A stretch of 64,000 bases of DNA from Methanomassiliicoccales archaeon (lineage in GTDB: Archaea > Thermoplasmatota > Thermoplasmata > Methanomassiliicoccales > JACIVX01). Position numbers and translations under genes: made by a program. Below are positions 17,730 to 26,921 of this stretch, one piece after another. The stretch spans positions 898,293-962,292 of the forward strand of contig JACIVX010000001.1 in NCBI GenBank assembly GCA_014361295.1, in the 5' to 3' direction. The notes beneath the pieces were generated by a model that saw only the letters and a list, made by a program, of their open reading frames with translations, was not told where the DNA came from and did not search any database. Within the stretch, counting starts at the first letter, position 1. Each line of letters begins with the position of its first letter.

Positions 17730-19559
17730 TCACCCCAATCCGAGCTGTGCTAATTTTTCTTTTGTTGGGAAACCGTTTTCATCCCAGCCACGCGCGGTGA
17801 AGTAATCGCTGAGCATCCTCTCCGCTTCCTCGACCGTTAAGACTGCCCCTTTCGAAACACCTGCGGGAATCGGCTCATGAGTGATCCTTTTCGGTAAGCG
17901 ATAGCTTTCCCTTCCGATTCCCGCACCTAGGTTGAACAGTTGCTTTAGGTTGTTGATTCTTTCGCCAATAAGAAGGAGATCCTCCTCCGTAAACGATTTT
18001 CCGATCGCCGCATCCAGCAGCTCGATGAAGCCCTCGATCTTAAAGAATCCCCTGGAAAACTTACAGACACCGAGGCAATCGTAGACCATCATGAAGTCCT
18101 CCATCAATTTAACCGCTTCTCCCTTGCCAATCGGTGACAGTCGATCAACGCCACTGAAACGCCAGAATTTTCCGGTAAGGTCGAGAGCATAGAATCCGGA
18201 TCTGAGATGACAGGCGCCCCTTGATGATGTCATGAAACCAAGGCCCATTCCCTTCATACCCCTTACGTCATATGCTGGAGGTTCCATTCCTTTTACATGC
18301 ATGGCAAAATCCTCGCATCCGCGGCCAATGGTTTTGGAGATCCTGAGAACACCTTCTCCAAAGAGAGCGCCGAGGCCATCTCTCTGACCAATGAGTTCGA
18401 CCATCTTCGGTACAGCATCAGCAATTCCGAAACGACAATCGAAGCCCAGCTCTTCCTCACTGATCAATCCTTTCTCAACAAGCTCCATAACAAATCCAAT
18501 GACGACACCCGTTGAAATCGTATCAATGCCGTATTGATCGCAAAGTTCATTCGCCCTGGCAAGGGCTTCGATATCGGGGTTTCCGCACTGACTGCCAAGT
18601 GCATAAAGCGTCTCGTACTCAATTCCGTCGAGGACGGTGCCTGCATAGGGGCCATCGCGAACGACAAAAAGTTTACCACATGATTTAGTGCATGCAAAGC
18701 ACGCCTTGTTTTTTATCGCATATCTTGGCGCCCAGTAATAAGGATCAATCTTTTTCCTTTCGTTGAAAACCCCTTCCTTCCAGTTCCTTGTCGGAAAAAC
18801 ACCACGCTCCGCATTAACCCACTCAAGGAACTCTCCGCTACCGTATTTTGTATCCTCGATGAACGCGTTGCTTTTTTCTATCGTTTCCTGCCACCTGAGT
18901 GCAAGGGAGATTAGTCGATCTGGATCGTGAACGGTAATGTCTTTGCTCCCCCTGATCGCGATCGCCTTGAGATTTTTTGATCCGAAAACTGCACCGAGCC
19001 CAGCCCGTCCCGCCTGTCGATCCTCGCACTCGATGCATGCATATCGAACAAGCGATTCCCCGGCGGGACCTATCGTCGCAACAACGAAATCTCCGTAATC
19101 CTCTTTGATTGCTTTCGCGGCATCACGCGTAAACATTCCCCAATAATGGGATGCGTTCTCGAATCTAACAAGATCATCGTCGATCAACAATAACGCAGGA
19201 TGCTTGCTCTTGCCAGTAATTGCGATTGCATCGAGACCGGCCGCTTTCATCTGCGCACCAATCCCACCGCCCATGATCGATTCCGCGATCGTTCCAGTCA
19301 AAGGAGACTTCGAGACAAACGCTGTCTTACTAGCCGTCGGCGCCGGGAGACCTGTGAGGAGACCTGGTGCCATCACGATTGCGTTCTTCTGATCGAATGG
19401 ATCAATTTTTGGATTTACGTGATCGGTGAAGATCTTGACCGCGACGCCCTCCCCTCCCAGGTATTTAGAACTGAACTTGTTCGTCATTCCCAGCTTCTTG
19501 AAACTCCCGTCCGTGAGATTGATGTAAAGTATACTGCCTCCGTAACCCTCCACAATCAA
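17730..19559 (-). CDS. Aldehyde:ferredoxin oxidoreductase family (tungstopterin) enzyme
   Basis: 609 aa. AOR N-terminal domain (ILYINLTDGS...YLGGEGVAVK), Fe-S/pterin ligand region CFACTKSCG, GLGFMTSSRGACHL. Confidence 0.93.
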   Translation of the reverse strand: MIVEGYGGSILYINLTDGSFKKLGMTNKFSSKYLGGEGVAVKIFTDHVNPKIDPFDQKNAIVMAPGLLTGLPAPTASKTAFVSKSPLTGTIAESIMGGGIGAQMKAAGLDAIAITGKSKHPALLLIDDDLVRFENASHYWGMFTRDAAKAIKEDYGDFVVATIGPAGESLVRYACIECEDRQAGRAGLGAVFGSKNLKAIAIRGSKDITVHDPDRLISLALRWQETIEKSNAFIEDTKYGSGEFLEWVNAERGVFPTRNWKEGVFNERKKIDPYYWAPRYAIKNKACFACTKSCGKLFVVRDGPYAGTVLDGIEYETLYALGSQCGNPDIEALARANELCDQYGIDTISTGVVIGFVMELVEKGLISEEELGFDCRFGIADAVPKMVELIGQRDGLGALFGEGVLRISKTIGRGCEDFAMHVKGMEPPAYDVRGMKGMGLGFMTSSRGACHLRSGFYALDLTGKFWRFSGVDRLSPIGKGEAVKLMEDFMMVYDCLGVCKFSRGFFKIEGFIELLDAAIGKSFTEEDLLLIGERINNLKQLFNLGAGIGRESYRLPKRITHEPIPAGVSKGAVLTVEEAERMLSDYFTARGWDENGFPTKEKLAQLGLG

Positions 19560-20011
19560 CCCTCCAGCAACGAAAGAACTTTCTGGAAATTCTCTTTCTT
19601 CATCTCCTCGTACCTAATTGCACCAAACGGGCAAAATTTGACGCAAAGAGGATCACCCCCGCACAAATCGCACTTCTGGGCGATGCCCTCGACTCTTATG
19701 ACTCCGTACGCGCATGCATCCTCGCAAAGACCACAGCCCGTGCACTTCTCCTCGTCAACAACAAGCGCTGTACCGTCAAATGAAATCGCTTTTTCAGGGC
19801 AGACATTGGCGCAGCATTCTTCTTCTTGATTGGTACACTGGGCGCAGACCACAGGAATATCGTTGATAATGTCCTTGCGAACAATTCTCAATCGTGCTTT
19901 TTTCAGGTTGACAACTTTGTCATGAGAAAGGGAACATACGAGTTCGCAGAAGCGGCAACCCGTGCAGTTTTCGGGATATGGTACAAGACATAAAGACATC
20001 CGAGACCCCAT
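19556..20011 (-). CDS. Poly-[4Fe-4S] ferredoxin-domain protein, likely AOR electron-transfer partner
   Basis: Several CxxCxxCxxxC(P)-type motifs (CTGCRFCELVC, CAQC...CANVCP, CTGCGLCEDAC, CDLCGGDPLCVKFCP). Its stop overlaps the AOR start by 4 nt. Confidence 0.85.
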   Translation of the reverse strand: MGSRMSLCLVPYPENCTGCRFCELVCSLSHDKVVNLKKARLRIVRKDIINDIPVVCAQCTNQEEECCANVCPEKAISFDGTALVVDEEKCTGCGLCEDACAYGVIRVEGIAQKCDLCGGDPLCVKFCPFGAIRYEEMKKENFQKVLSLLEG

Positions 20012-20153
20012 TGGGAGATTACCATGAATTGATAAAATGATTGCCTGACTTCGCGAGCGTTCTAATAATAAGATTGATTATACATTACGATTGACGAAGA
20101 ATTGATAATGATATCCAAATTCTCGACACGCGAGCGATATTGGAATATAAAAC

Positions 20154-20447
20154 TCACTGAACATCAATCTTCTTGATCGAGCGCTCTCTCTTCTGAATGT
20201 TGTCGATAACCTGGAGATTTGCATCGATGACACTTTTGATCATAAGAAGAAACTCACGTTTTGCGGCGAGATAATGTCTTCGTGCCTCAGGTGGAAATTT
20301 TGACTCCGGGATCATTGAATCAAGAGCGAGCAGAATCTCCGTTCCTGCTCTCACGAGATGATCACGTGCTTCCCTTGAAAAGATCGATTCACTGATTTTC
20401 TTTACACTTTCGTCCATCCCTTCTGTCTCCTTCTTCTCCTCCGTCAT
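20154..20447 (-). CDS. Small predicted all-helical protein of unknown function; start uncertain (20447 or 20417)
   Basis: The ORF is open to 20474 and overlaps the 3' end of the ArsA-like gene in another frame. Amino-acid composition is balanced. I recognise no motif. Confidence 0.4.
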   Translation of the reverse strand: MTEEKKETEGMDESVKKISESIFSREARDHLVRAGTEILLALDSMIPESKFPPEARRHYLAAKREFLLMIKSVIDANLQVIDNIQKRERSIKKIDVQ

Positions 20448-21615
20448 TCTGCACAGGCCTCCTAAACCTGACAAGAAGCCGGCCGTCTCTGAATTCCGCC
20501 CTATCCGCCTCCCTGTTGATCAGTGAGTACGGTAGGGTGATCGATCGTCGATAGGCGCCGACTTGAATGATTAATGAATCTTCGGCCTTATATAATTCTA
20601 CCTGCTCCTTCGTTGAAAATGGTAGTTTTAAGGAAAGAGTTTCAGTGCCGTTCTCTTCGAAGATTTCCATGGGCTTCTCCCGCGAATAAATGACAGTTGG
20701 ATCTTCGTCGCCAAACAGCATGTCACCCAGCGCTTCGAGCGCTTTGATCCCGACAAGCTCTGTGGGCATCTGCACCGCCCTGAGGATCTTCAAAGGGCTA
20801 AAGGCTTCGTTGATCAGATCCATGTAACATCGCTGCTCTTCCAGCTTTTGCCTAAAATACACCTCGTTACATTCTGGCAAAATTTTATTGACGACAAGGC
20901 ATTCGACGGTCAGATCATAAAGGCAAAGATAGGTGAAGGCACGTTTTGTCTCATTGATCACCATTTTCTCAGGGTTCACAACAAGCCGAACCGAGGTGAT
21001 ATCAGGATTCGTGAGAATTTCTTTCACGACCTTCATTCTTTCTTTGAGTTCGTCAATGTCGCTGAGTACCGCCTCAGAGGGCAAAGGCGTTTTCATCACT
21101 TTGCCGACCGTCACCCTGGCAATTTTCAATAAGTTTCGAAATGCGCGATACAGCTTGTCGAAATACCAGTTGGAAATTTCGGGAAAACTCAGTAACCTTA
21201 GTGTGTCTGCCGTCGGTGCGGTATCGATGATGATAACATCATATGCATTCGACCTCTGAAAATCCCAAAGATAAAAGAGCGCAGACATCAGATCCATACC
21301 AGGCCATATTGCCATTTCTTTTGCCGCAACTCCCTCGACGCCGACTGCGGCAAGAAAATCGGAAAGATACTTCTGAATCTCCTTCCACCTATGTTCGAGT
21401 TCGTAAAGCACGTCAACCTCGATACCATCGAGATTCTCTTCGATTCGTTTGATTCTTCCAGAAAGCTGAATCTCGAACGAATCTGAAAGGGAATGAGCTG
21501 AATCAGTGCTCATCACGATTGTCCTGTAGCCGCGTCTCGCAGACCGCAGTGCGGTCGCTGCAGCCACTGATGTCTTGCCGACGCCTCCTTTTCCAGTATA
21601 GATGATGACCCTCAA
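20389..21615 (-). CDS. ArsA/Get3-family P-loop ATPase with C-terminal HSP20/alpha-crystallin-like extension
   Basis: Deviant Walker A YTGKGGVGKTS, DTAPTADTLRLL switch region, and a C-terminal ~90 aa (LSLKLPFSTKEQVELYKAEDSLIIQVGAYRRSITLP...GRLLVRF) resembling the ArsA_HSP20 beta-sandwich. Confidence 0.85.
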   Translation of the reverse strand: MRVIIYTGKGGVGKTSVAAATALRSARRGYRTIVMSTDSAHSLSDSFEIQLSGRIKRIEENLDGIEVDVLYELEHRWKEIQKYLSDFLAAVGVEGVAAKEMAIWPGMDLMSALFYLWDFQRSNAYDVIIIDTAPTADTLRLLSFPEISNWYFDKLYRAFRNLLKIARVTVGKVMKTPLPSEAVLSDIDELKERMKVVKEILTNPDITSVRLVVNPEKMVINETKRAFTYLCLYDLTVECLVVNKILPECNEVYFRQKLEEQRCYMDLINEAFSPLKILRAVQMPTELVGIKALEALGDMLFGDEDPTVIYSREKPMEIFEENGTETLSLKLPFSTKEQVELYKAEDSLIIQVGAYRRSITLPYSLINREADRAEFRDGRLLVRFRRPVQNDGGEEGDRRDGRKCKENQ

Positions 21616-22008
21616 AGATTCTCAACCCCAAGACAATTTCAATGTTTGGTGATCGTTTTCCTACTCTTTGCTTTTTTCATGGTAAAATCGGGCTTTAAGT
21701 AGGGATGATTGATCATCGCCATTTTTTTCATATGTCTTTGTGCGTAAATCTTCTTTTAAATCTGGCGCTTTCCCTTACAAGATTTTATAAAGCCATTCTG
21801 CTCAATAACCGAGCAGTTTGGCATTTCTGCGATCATATTTATGTATCGTATTGAAATCGCCAGAATTGAAAATCGCAAACGATAAAGTATCTCTACCGAC
21901 GATCACCACAAACGCATATGACAGATGCACTTAGACCCTAAAAACGATCAGAACCTCTGCAAATTCGAAAATAAAGAAATGACTATGTACTATTAATCAA
22001 TCCAGTGA

Positions 22009-22116
22009 TGCCGGGGACGGGGTTCGAACCCGTGACCTTCGGATATCCCTGGTGGGTTATCATTAACCAACAAAGCCCTATGAGTCCGACGCTCCACCAG
22101 GCTGAGCCACCCCGGC
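22009..22116 (-). tRNA. tRNA with CAU anticodon (elongator Met, or Ile2 if C34 is modified) carrying a 34-nt intron at 37/38 (22045-22078)
   Basis: GCCGGGGTGGCTCAGCCTGGTGGAGCGTCGGACTCATA|intron|ATCCGAAGGTCACGGGTTCGAACCCCGTCCCCGGCA. Acceptor, D, anticodon (TCGGA/TCCGA) and T arms are all canonical. It is not an initiator (no A1-U72). Confidence 0.85.
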
Positions 22117-22869
22117 TTGAGTTTCCTGGTGATCACCGGCGACGTCGTCGCCGATTTTCTCTTCCATAGGAGTTGCGGAAGTCTTTTGGGGTTCTCCAGA
22201 TCTCTCTCCTTCACCTCCTGGGTTGGTACTCTCGACCGCCGAAGATGCCGTAACTGCACCCTCTGGTAGAGGCGTTCCCATTTCGAGAACTTCCGTTCTC
22301 CGGATTTCCATCCGTTTTATCGGCACGACGACTTTGCTCGCTTTTGCCAGTTCTTTTGCGAGGTCGCCAGAAATGATCGCTTTGACAAGATCCGTCATCG
22401 TCATGTCTGCTGCAAGCTTTTGAATCGTTTCCGTCATTATTGCGCGTATTGCTGTTTCCTGTGATGATTGGATGCGTTTCTCAGTCACACTCATCGGCTT
22501 GATGCGAACGAGATATCCGTCCTTCGTTCTCGCGTCGACGACGTGATCCGTTTTCGTTCTTCGTCGCCTGGTCAGTCGTCTCACATAGTCGCTCGTCAGA
22601 TCCTGTCCCACGAAAATCGTCCTTGCGTCGAAACCATTAACCTCATTGATCTTGAATTTCAGTTTGATATGCATCTTGGAGAAATCACCAGTGAGGTCGT
22701 GCACTGTCACTTCTGTTGTCCTACCGATGAGTGAGCTGGGATCGGCAGAAGGCGTTTCGCCGATCTGCATCTCATTGAACATTTTAGGGGCGTAAATCTT
22801 GTACCACTCCTTCGCCTTCCATCGATCTTTGACTTTTCTGGTCGCTGCTTTAGCCTTTTTCGTGACCAT
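22078..22869 (-). CDS. rps3ae: 30S ribosomal protein S3Ae (eS1) with a ~65-aa acidic/Pro-Gly-rich C-terminal tail that reads into tRNA-CAU
   Basis: N-terminal KDRWKAKEWYKIYAPKMF... is typical of S3Ae. The frame has no stop until TAG at 22078-22080, inside the tRNA anticodon loop and intron boundary. Confidence 0.85.
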   Translation of the reverse strand: MVTKKAKAATRKVKDRWKAKEWYKIYAPKMFNEMQIGETPSADPSSLIGRTTEVTVHDLTGDFSKMHIKLKFKINEVNGFDARTIFVGQDLTSDYVRRLTRRRRTKTDHVVDARTKDGYLVRIKPMSVTEKRIQSSQETAIRAIMTETIQKLAADMTMTDLVKAIISGDLAKELAKASKVVVPIKRMEIRRTEVLEMGTPLPEGAVTASSAVESTNPGGEGERSGEPQKTSATPMEEKIGDDVAGDHQETQAGVAQPGGASDS

Positions 22870-23355
22870 TAATATCCTCCGTTTTCAGACAAGTTCGGAA
22901 ATGAGTCTCTATATTAATAAGTTTCCCAATCCCCTCCCGACTGGTCAGCCCGCGCTTGGAAATTTTGAAATGCTGGATCTGGGATTTGCCTCTTGGATCC
23001 TACAGCCTGAATGTCTGGAAGAAGATTCGATTGATCGTTTCTAGAGTTGATTAGCTAGCGTTGAGATATCAACGTAAAATGAAACAACTGAAGCAACACA
23101 ATCAATAATAGACACATTCGTTATCCATTTGCGTCTCTTGATGTATGCTGCCTTTCCCAACGATCTGCAACTTAAGAGGCATTGATCAAGATAGGCTCAA
23201 TGGGAAAATCCTCATTTGCTGGTTTTGTCTCCTTGGATGAGAAACTCCAGTCCTATTTCGAATTTCCTTACAATGATCGATCGGAAGGGGCAATGTGACC
23301 GCCTGCTTGAGATAAACCATTATTAGTAGATTCATGATTTATTCCTGATCGAGCT

Positions 23356-24606
23356 ATGAAAATAACAGTCCCATACGGAAAAGATGGAAAGCAGCATCTC
23401 GAGATCCCAGACGAAAATTTCGCGGGTGTGCTATATCCGAATGAGGTCGTCATCGGCGATGAGAGGAAAATCATTCAAGAAGCGATAGAGAATCCTCTTC
23501 AATCATCATCACTGGCTGAGTTTCTAAGGGGAGCAAACAATATTGTTTTCATCGTCAATGATGCGACACGCCCAACTCCGACTCACAGAGTTCTGGATAT
23601 CCTCGATGAGCTGATGGATCTTGAAAGCGCGAGATACCTTATCGCAACTGGAAGTCATCGCGCGCCGACAGAGGAGGAATATCGATTCATCTTCGGTAAA
23701 CATCTCGAAAAAATCAGAGCGAAAATTCATGCACATGATTCACAAAAAGACGAGATGGTGTGCCTTGGTCGTTCGAAAAATGGAACGGAGATGTGGGTGA
23801 ACAAAATAGCTGTTGAAGCAGACCGCCTCATCGTGATCACGAGTGTTGAGCCGCACTATTTTGCCGGTTATACGGGTGGGAGAAAATCGTTTTTCCCGGG
23901 AGTTGCGTCATATGAAACTATCGAGCAGAACCACAAGCTCGCAATGCGACCCGAGGCCCAGATCCTCGTCCTTTCCGGAAATCCAGTCCATGAAGACATG
24001 ATGGATGCATTATCGGCAATCGATCGCAGCAGGATTTTCTCGATTCAACTCGTTCTCGACAGACATCAAAGGATTTATCGGGCTGCAGCGGGCGACATCA
24101 ATGCAGCGTTTGAAAAGGCCGTTGAATGGGCAAATGAGGTATTCGTTGTTCCGATCAAAATGAAGGTTGATATCATTGTGACCGTCGCTCCATTCCCTAT
24201 GGACGTCGATCTTTATCAATCTCAAAAGGCGCTCGATAATGCCAAGTGGGCTTTGAAGGAGGGGGGGATTATTGTCCTGGTCTCGCAGTGCCGGCATGGT
24301 ATCGGGCATGATACATTCTACAAGCAACTTTCATTCTCATCCGATCCGCAGAAAATTCTTGAGAACCTTTCAAGAGAATACAAACTTGGATATCACAAGA
24401 CCGCGAAAATCGCCGAGATTCTATTGAAATCTAAAATCTTCGCTGTCACCGATTTGGATCCTGAGATGCTCAGAAAGGCTAATATAACGCCTTTTAATAG
24501 CCTACAATCCGCTGTCAACGCTGCACTCCGAGAGAAAAAGGATGCAAAGATCCTCATCCTGATGGATGGTAGCGTCACCGTACCAAGGGTTGATAAACAT
24601 GGCTGA
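23356..24606 (+). CDS. LarA-family (nickel-pincer-dependent lactate racemase-like, DUF2088) protein
   Basis: N-terminal MKITVPYGK...LEIPDENF, TGSHRAP, and EPHYFAGYTGGRKS containing the cofactor-tethering Lys context of LarA. Confidence 0.8.
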   Translation: MKITVPYGKDGKQHLEIPDENFAGVLYPNEVVIGDERKIIQEAIENPLQSSSLAEFLRGANNIVFIVNDATRPTPTHRVLDILDELMDLESARYLIATGSHRAPTEEEYRFIFGKHLEKIRAKIHAHDSQKDEMVCLGRSKNGTEMWVNKIAVEADRLIVITSVEPHYFAGYTGGRKSFFPGVASYETIEQNHKLAMRPEAQILVLSGNPVHEDMMDALSAIDRSRIFSIQLVLDRHQRIYRAAAGDINAAFEKAVEWANEVFVVPIKMKVDIIVTVAPFPMDVDLYQSQKALDNAKWALKEGGIIVLVSQCRHGIGHDTFYKQLSFSSDPQKILENLSREYKLGYHKTAKIAEILLKSKIFAVTDLDPEMLRKANITPFNSLQSAVNAALREKKDAKILILMDGSVTVPRVDKHG

Positions 24607-25708
24607 GATGATCGAGGCACAATACCTGAAAAATGAGCTCAAGACGCTTATGACTTGCACCTATTGTGGCTTTTGCAAAAGCGTTTGCCCTGTCTTTGAA
24701 GGAATAGGCTGGGACCCTAGTGTCGCAAGAGGGAGAATGATTCTTTCGTACGGCCTTCTGCAAAAGGAGATCCCCGCCGATCAATCCGTCGTCGAAAGTC
24801 TTTTCCAATGTACGACCTGCAAGGATTGTGAGAGGAGATGTCCCTCAAGCATTGAAGTTGTCGAAGTTGTTGAAAGCGCGAGAAAGGATCTCGTGGCGAA
24901 TGGATTCATACTTCCACAGCACAGTAAGATAATCAACAACATCATTTCATTCGGTAATCCGTACGGGGAAAAGGATCGGGTGATCGATCGCTTTGGCATG
25001 AGACCCAGGAATGCAGAAATAGGCTATTTTATCGGTTGCACCTCGGCTTATAGAAATGTGAAGAGCGCCAATGCGACGCTATCGATTCTAAGAAAACTTG
25101 GCGAGGATTTCACCCTCCTCGATGAGGTTTGCTGTGGCAGCGTCATGCAGAGAGTTGGTTGGAAGGAAGGGGATCTTATTTCACTCATGGAAAAAAATGT
25201 GAAAGCTATCGAGAGTGTTGGCGTGGACGAGGTCGTGTTTTCGTGTGCAGGCTGCTATCGGATGTTTAAAGAGGAATATCCAAAGTTTGTCGACATTGAT
25301 TTCAAAGTCAAGCATATCTCCGAATTCCTTGCCGACAAGGATCTCAACCTCAAACCATTGAAAAAGAAGGTCACCTATCATGACCCATGTCATCTAGGAA
25401 GGCACTGTGGTGTTTATGATCCTCCAAGAAAAGTTCTCTCAATGATCCCCGATCTCATATACAAAGAAATGCCAAGAAATAGAGACATAGCGAGGTGTTG
25501 CGGCGGTGGCGGTGGTGTCAGGTCAGCATTCCCTGATCTTTCAACTAAGATCGCTGCGCGAAGAGTCGATGAGGCGGAATTTGCTGATTTCCTCGTTACA
25601 GCGTGCCCATTCTGCGTGAACAATCTCAGGCTTGGTAAAGAATCGAATGGCGCAAAGGTCGAAGTCGTCGATCTTGTCGAATTCATCGATCCGTTGCTTA
25701 CTGGTTGA
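24599..25708 (+). CDS. Fe-S oxidoreductase with 2x[4Fe-4S] ferredoxin motifs and two CCG (HdrD / GlcF / LutA-like) cysteine-rich domains
   Basis: CTYCGFCKSVCP and CTTCKDCERRCP, then two CCG-type patterns (...CCGS..., ...CCGGGGG..., CPFC). ATG at 24599 overlaps the LarA-like stop by 8 nt (ATGGCTGA). Confidence 0.85.
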   Translation: MAEMIEAQYLKNELKTLMTCTYCGFCKSVCPVFEGIGWDPSVARGRMILSYGLLQKEIPADQSVVESLFQCTTCKDCERRCPSSIEVVEVVESARKDLVANGFILPQHSKIINNIISFGNPYGEKDRVIDRFGMRPRNAEIGYFIGCTSAYRNVKSANATLSILRKLGEDFTLLDEVCCGSVMQRVGWKEGDLISLMEKNVKAIESVGVDEVVFSCAGCYRMFKEEYPKFVDIDFKVKHISEFLADKDLNLKPLKKKVTYHDPCHLGRHCGVYDPPRKVLSMIPDLIYKEMPRNRDIARCCGGGGGVRSAFPDLSTKIAARRVDEAEFADFLVTACPFCVNNLRLGKESNGAKVEVVDLVEFIDPLLTG

Positions 25709-26898
25709 TTATGATCGCTCGTATTCGTTCTTTTGTCTCGTATAAAGAAGCGCTCGACGAATGGTCACGTTTGAGAATCGATTCTCCTTTCCTTTCTGAG
25801 AAGGAGATTGAAGACTTCATATTCACATATCTCGAGTCTGAAAAGGAAATCGAAAGAGTACAAAATCTATCGAAATTGATTGAAGATGCTGGCGGCGACA
25901 TCAGGAAGAGCACCACCTCGAAATGGACAAGATATCTTGTCTTTGGCGACGCATCTTTTTACAAGAATCTTTCGAATTATCAGGATTATCCTGTGGTCGA
26001 AATGATCCTCGCTGCACTGAGGAATTATCGGTCGTCATCAACGAAGCCGATCAAGCTTTCCAATCAATCGCTTAATTTCGAAAAAACACTCGTCATGGGT
26101 ATTCTCAACGTTACACCTGATTCGTTCTTTGACGGCGGTGTGTATCTCAGCAAGGAATCGGCAGTCAAAAGGGTATTCCAAATGGTCGACGAAGGGGCAG
26201 ATATTATTGATATTGGCGGTGAATCCACACGCCCTTTTTCAACACCAGTTCCAGAGACCGTGGAAAGAGAAAGAGTGATTCCAATTCTTGAAGAAGTGAT
26301 TCCTTCTATTGACATTCCTATATCAATAGATACACGAAAACCCTCAATCGCAAGAGAAGCCGTCGAGATCGGTGCGCAGATTGTCAACGATGTTTCAGGC
26401 CTTAGAGATCGGGAAATGATGAGAACAGTAAGCGAACTGGACGTTCCTGTTATCATTATGCACATGCTTGGAGACCCACAGACGATGCAACTGAACATCG
26501 CTTATGAAGATGTTGTCGGCGACATCTTGATGTTTCTAGCAGGACGGATCCGAGAAGCAGAGGAGAACGGGATCGATAGGGATAAGATTATAATCGATCC
26601 AGGAATCGGTTTCGGGAAAGAAGTTCATCACAACCTCGACATTCTCAGAAGACTGAGAGAATTCCGCTGCCTTGGGCGCCCGCTCCTCGTAGGCACTTCG
26701 AGAAAAACCTTCATAGGAAAGGTCCTTGATCTGCCCAAGGAGGAGCGACTCGAGGGATCATTAGCATCAGCTGCTGTCTCTGTGATCAATGGAGCGGACA
26801 TCGTCAGGGTACATGATGTGAAAGAGACCGTTCGTGTTTGCAAACTTATCGATGCAATTTACGGAATAAGAAAGAATCTTGGATTTTCTGTGAGGTGA
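25705..26898 (+). CDS. folP: Dihydropteroate synthase domain protein with ~125-aa N-terminal extension
   Basis: The DHPS core starts at LVMGILNVTPDSFFDGG, followed by DIGGESTRP, INDVSG, DPGIGFGK, GTSRKTFIG. Residues 1-125 have no motif I recognise. The start is TTG 25705 or ATG 25711, and the TTG start overlaps the upstream stop by 4 nt. Confidence 0.85.
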   Translation: MIMIARIRSFVSYKEALDEWSRLRIDSPFLSEKEIEDFIFTYLESEKEIERVQNLSKLIEDAGGDIRKSTTSKWTRYLVFGDASFYKNLSNYQDYPVVEMILAALRNYRSSSTKPIKLSNQSLNFEKTLVMGILNVTPDSFFDGGVYLSKESAVKRVFQMVDEGADIIDIGGESTRPFSTPVPETVERERVIPILEEVIPSIDIPISIDTRKPSIAREAVEIGAQIVNDVSGLRDREMMRTVSELDVPVIIMHMLGDPQTMQLNIAYEDVVGDILMFLAGRIREAEENGIDRDKIIIDPGIGFGKEVHHNLDILRRLREFRCLGRPLLVGTSRKTFIGKVLDLPKEERLEGSLASAAVSVINGADIVRVHDVKETVRVCKLIDAIYGIRKNLGFSVR

Positions 26899-26921
26899 AT
26901 TTGACGAATAACATCTTGCGA

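Noticed and set aside
19200-19829. 209-aa plus-strand ORF
   Set aside because: It is antisense to the AOR N-terminus and the ferredoxin gene, with no motif. It is a shadow ORF.
21616-22008. 30-codon minus-strand ORF (MKKMAMINHPYLKPDFTMKKAKSRKTITKH) upstream of the ArsA-like gene
   Set aside because: It is basic and short and does not resemble any small ribosomal protein I know. There is not enough evidence to call it.
22045-22078. Box-C-like AATGATAA inside the tRNA-CAU intron
   Set aside because: There is no box D (CTGA), no second box pair and no guide complementarity to the tRNA, and the intron is only 34 nt. It is not a C/D sRNA.
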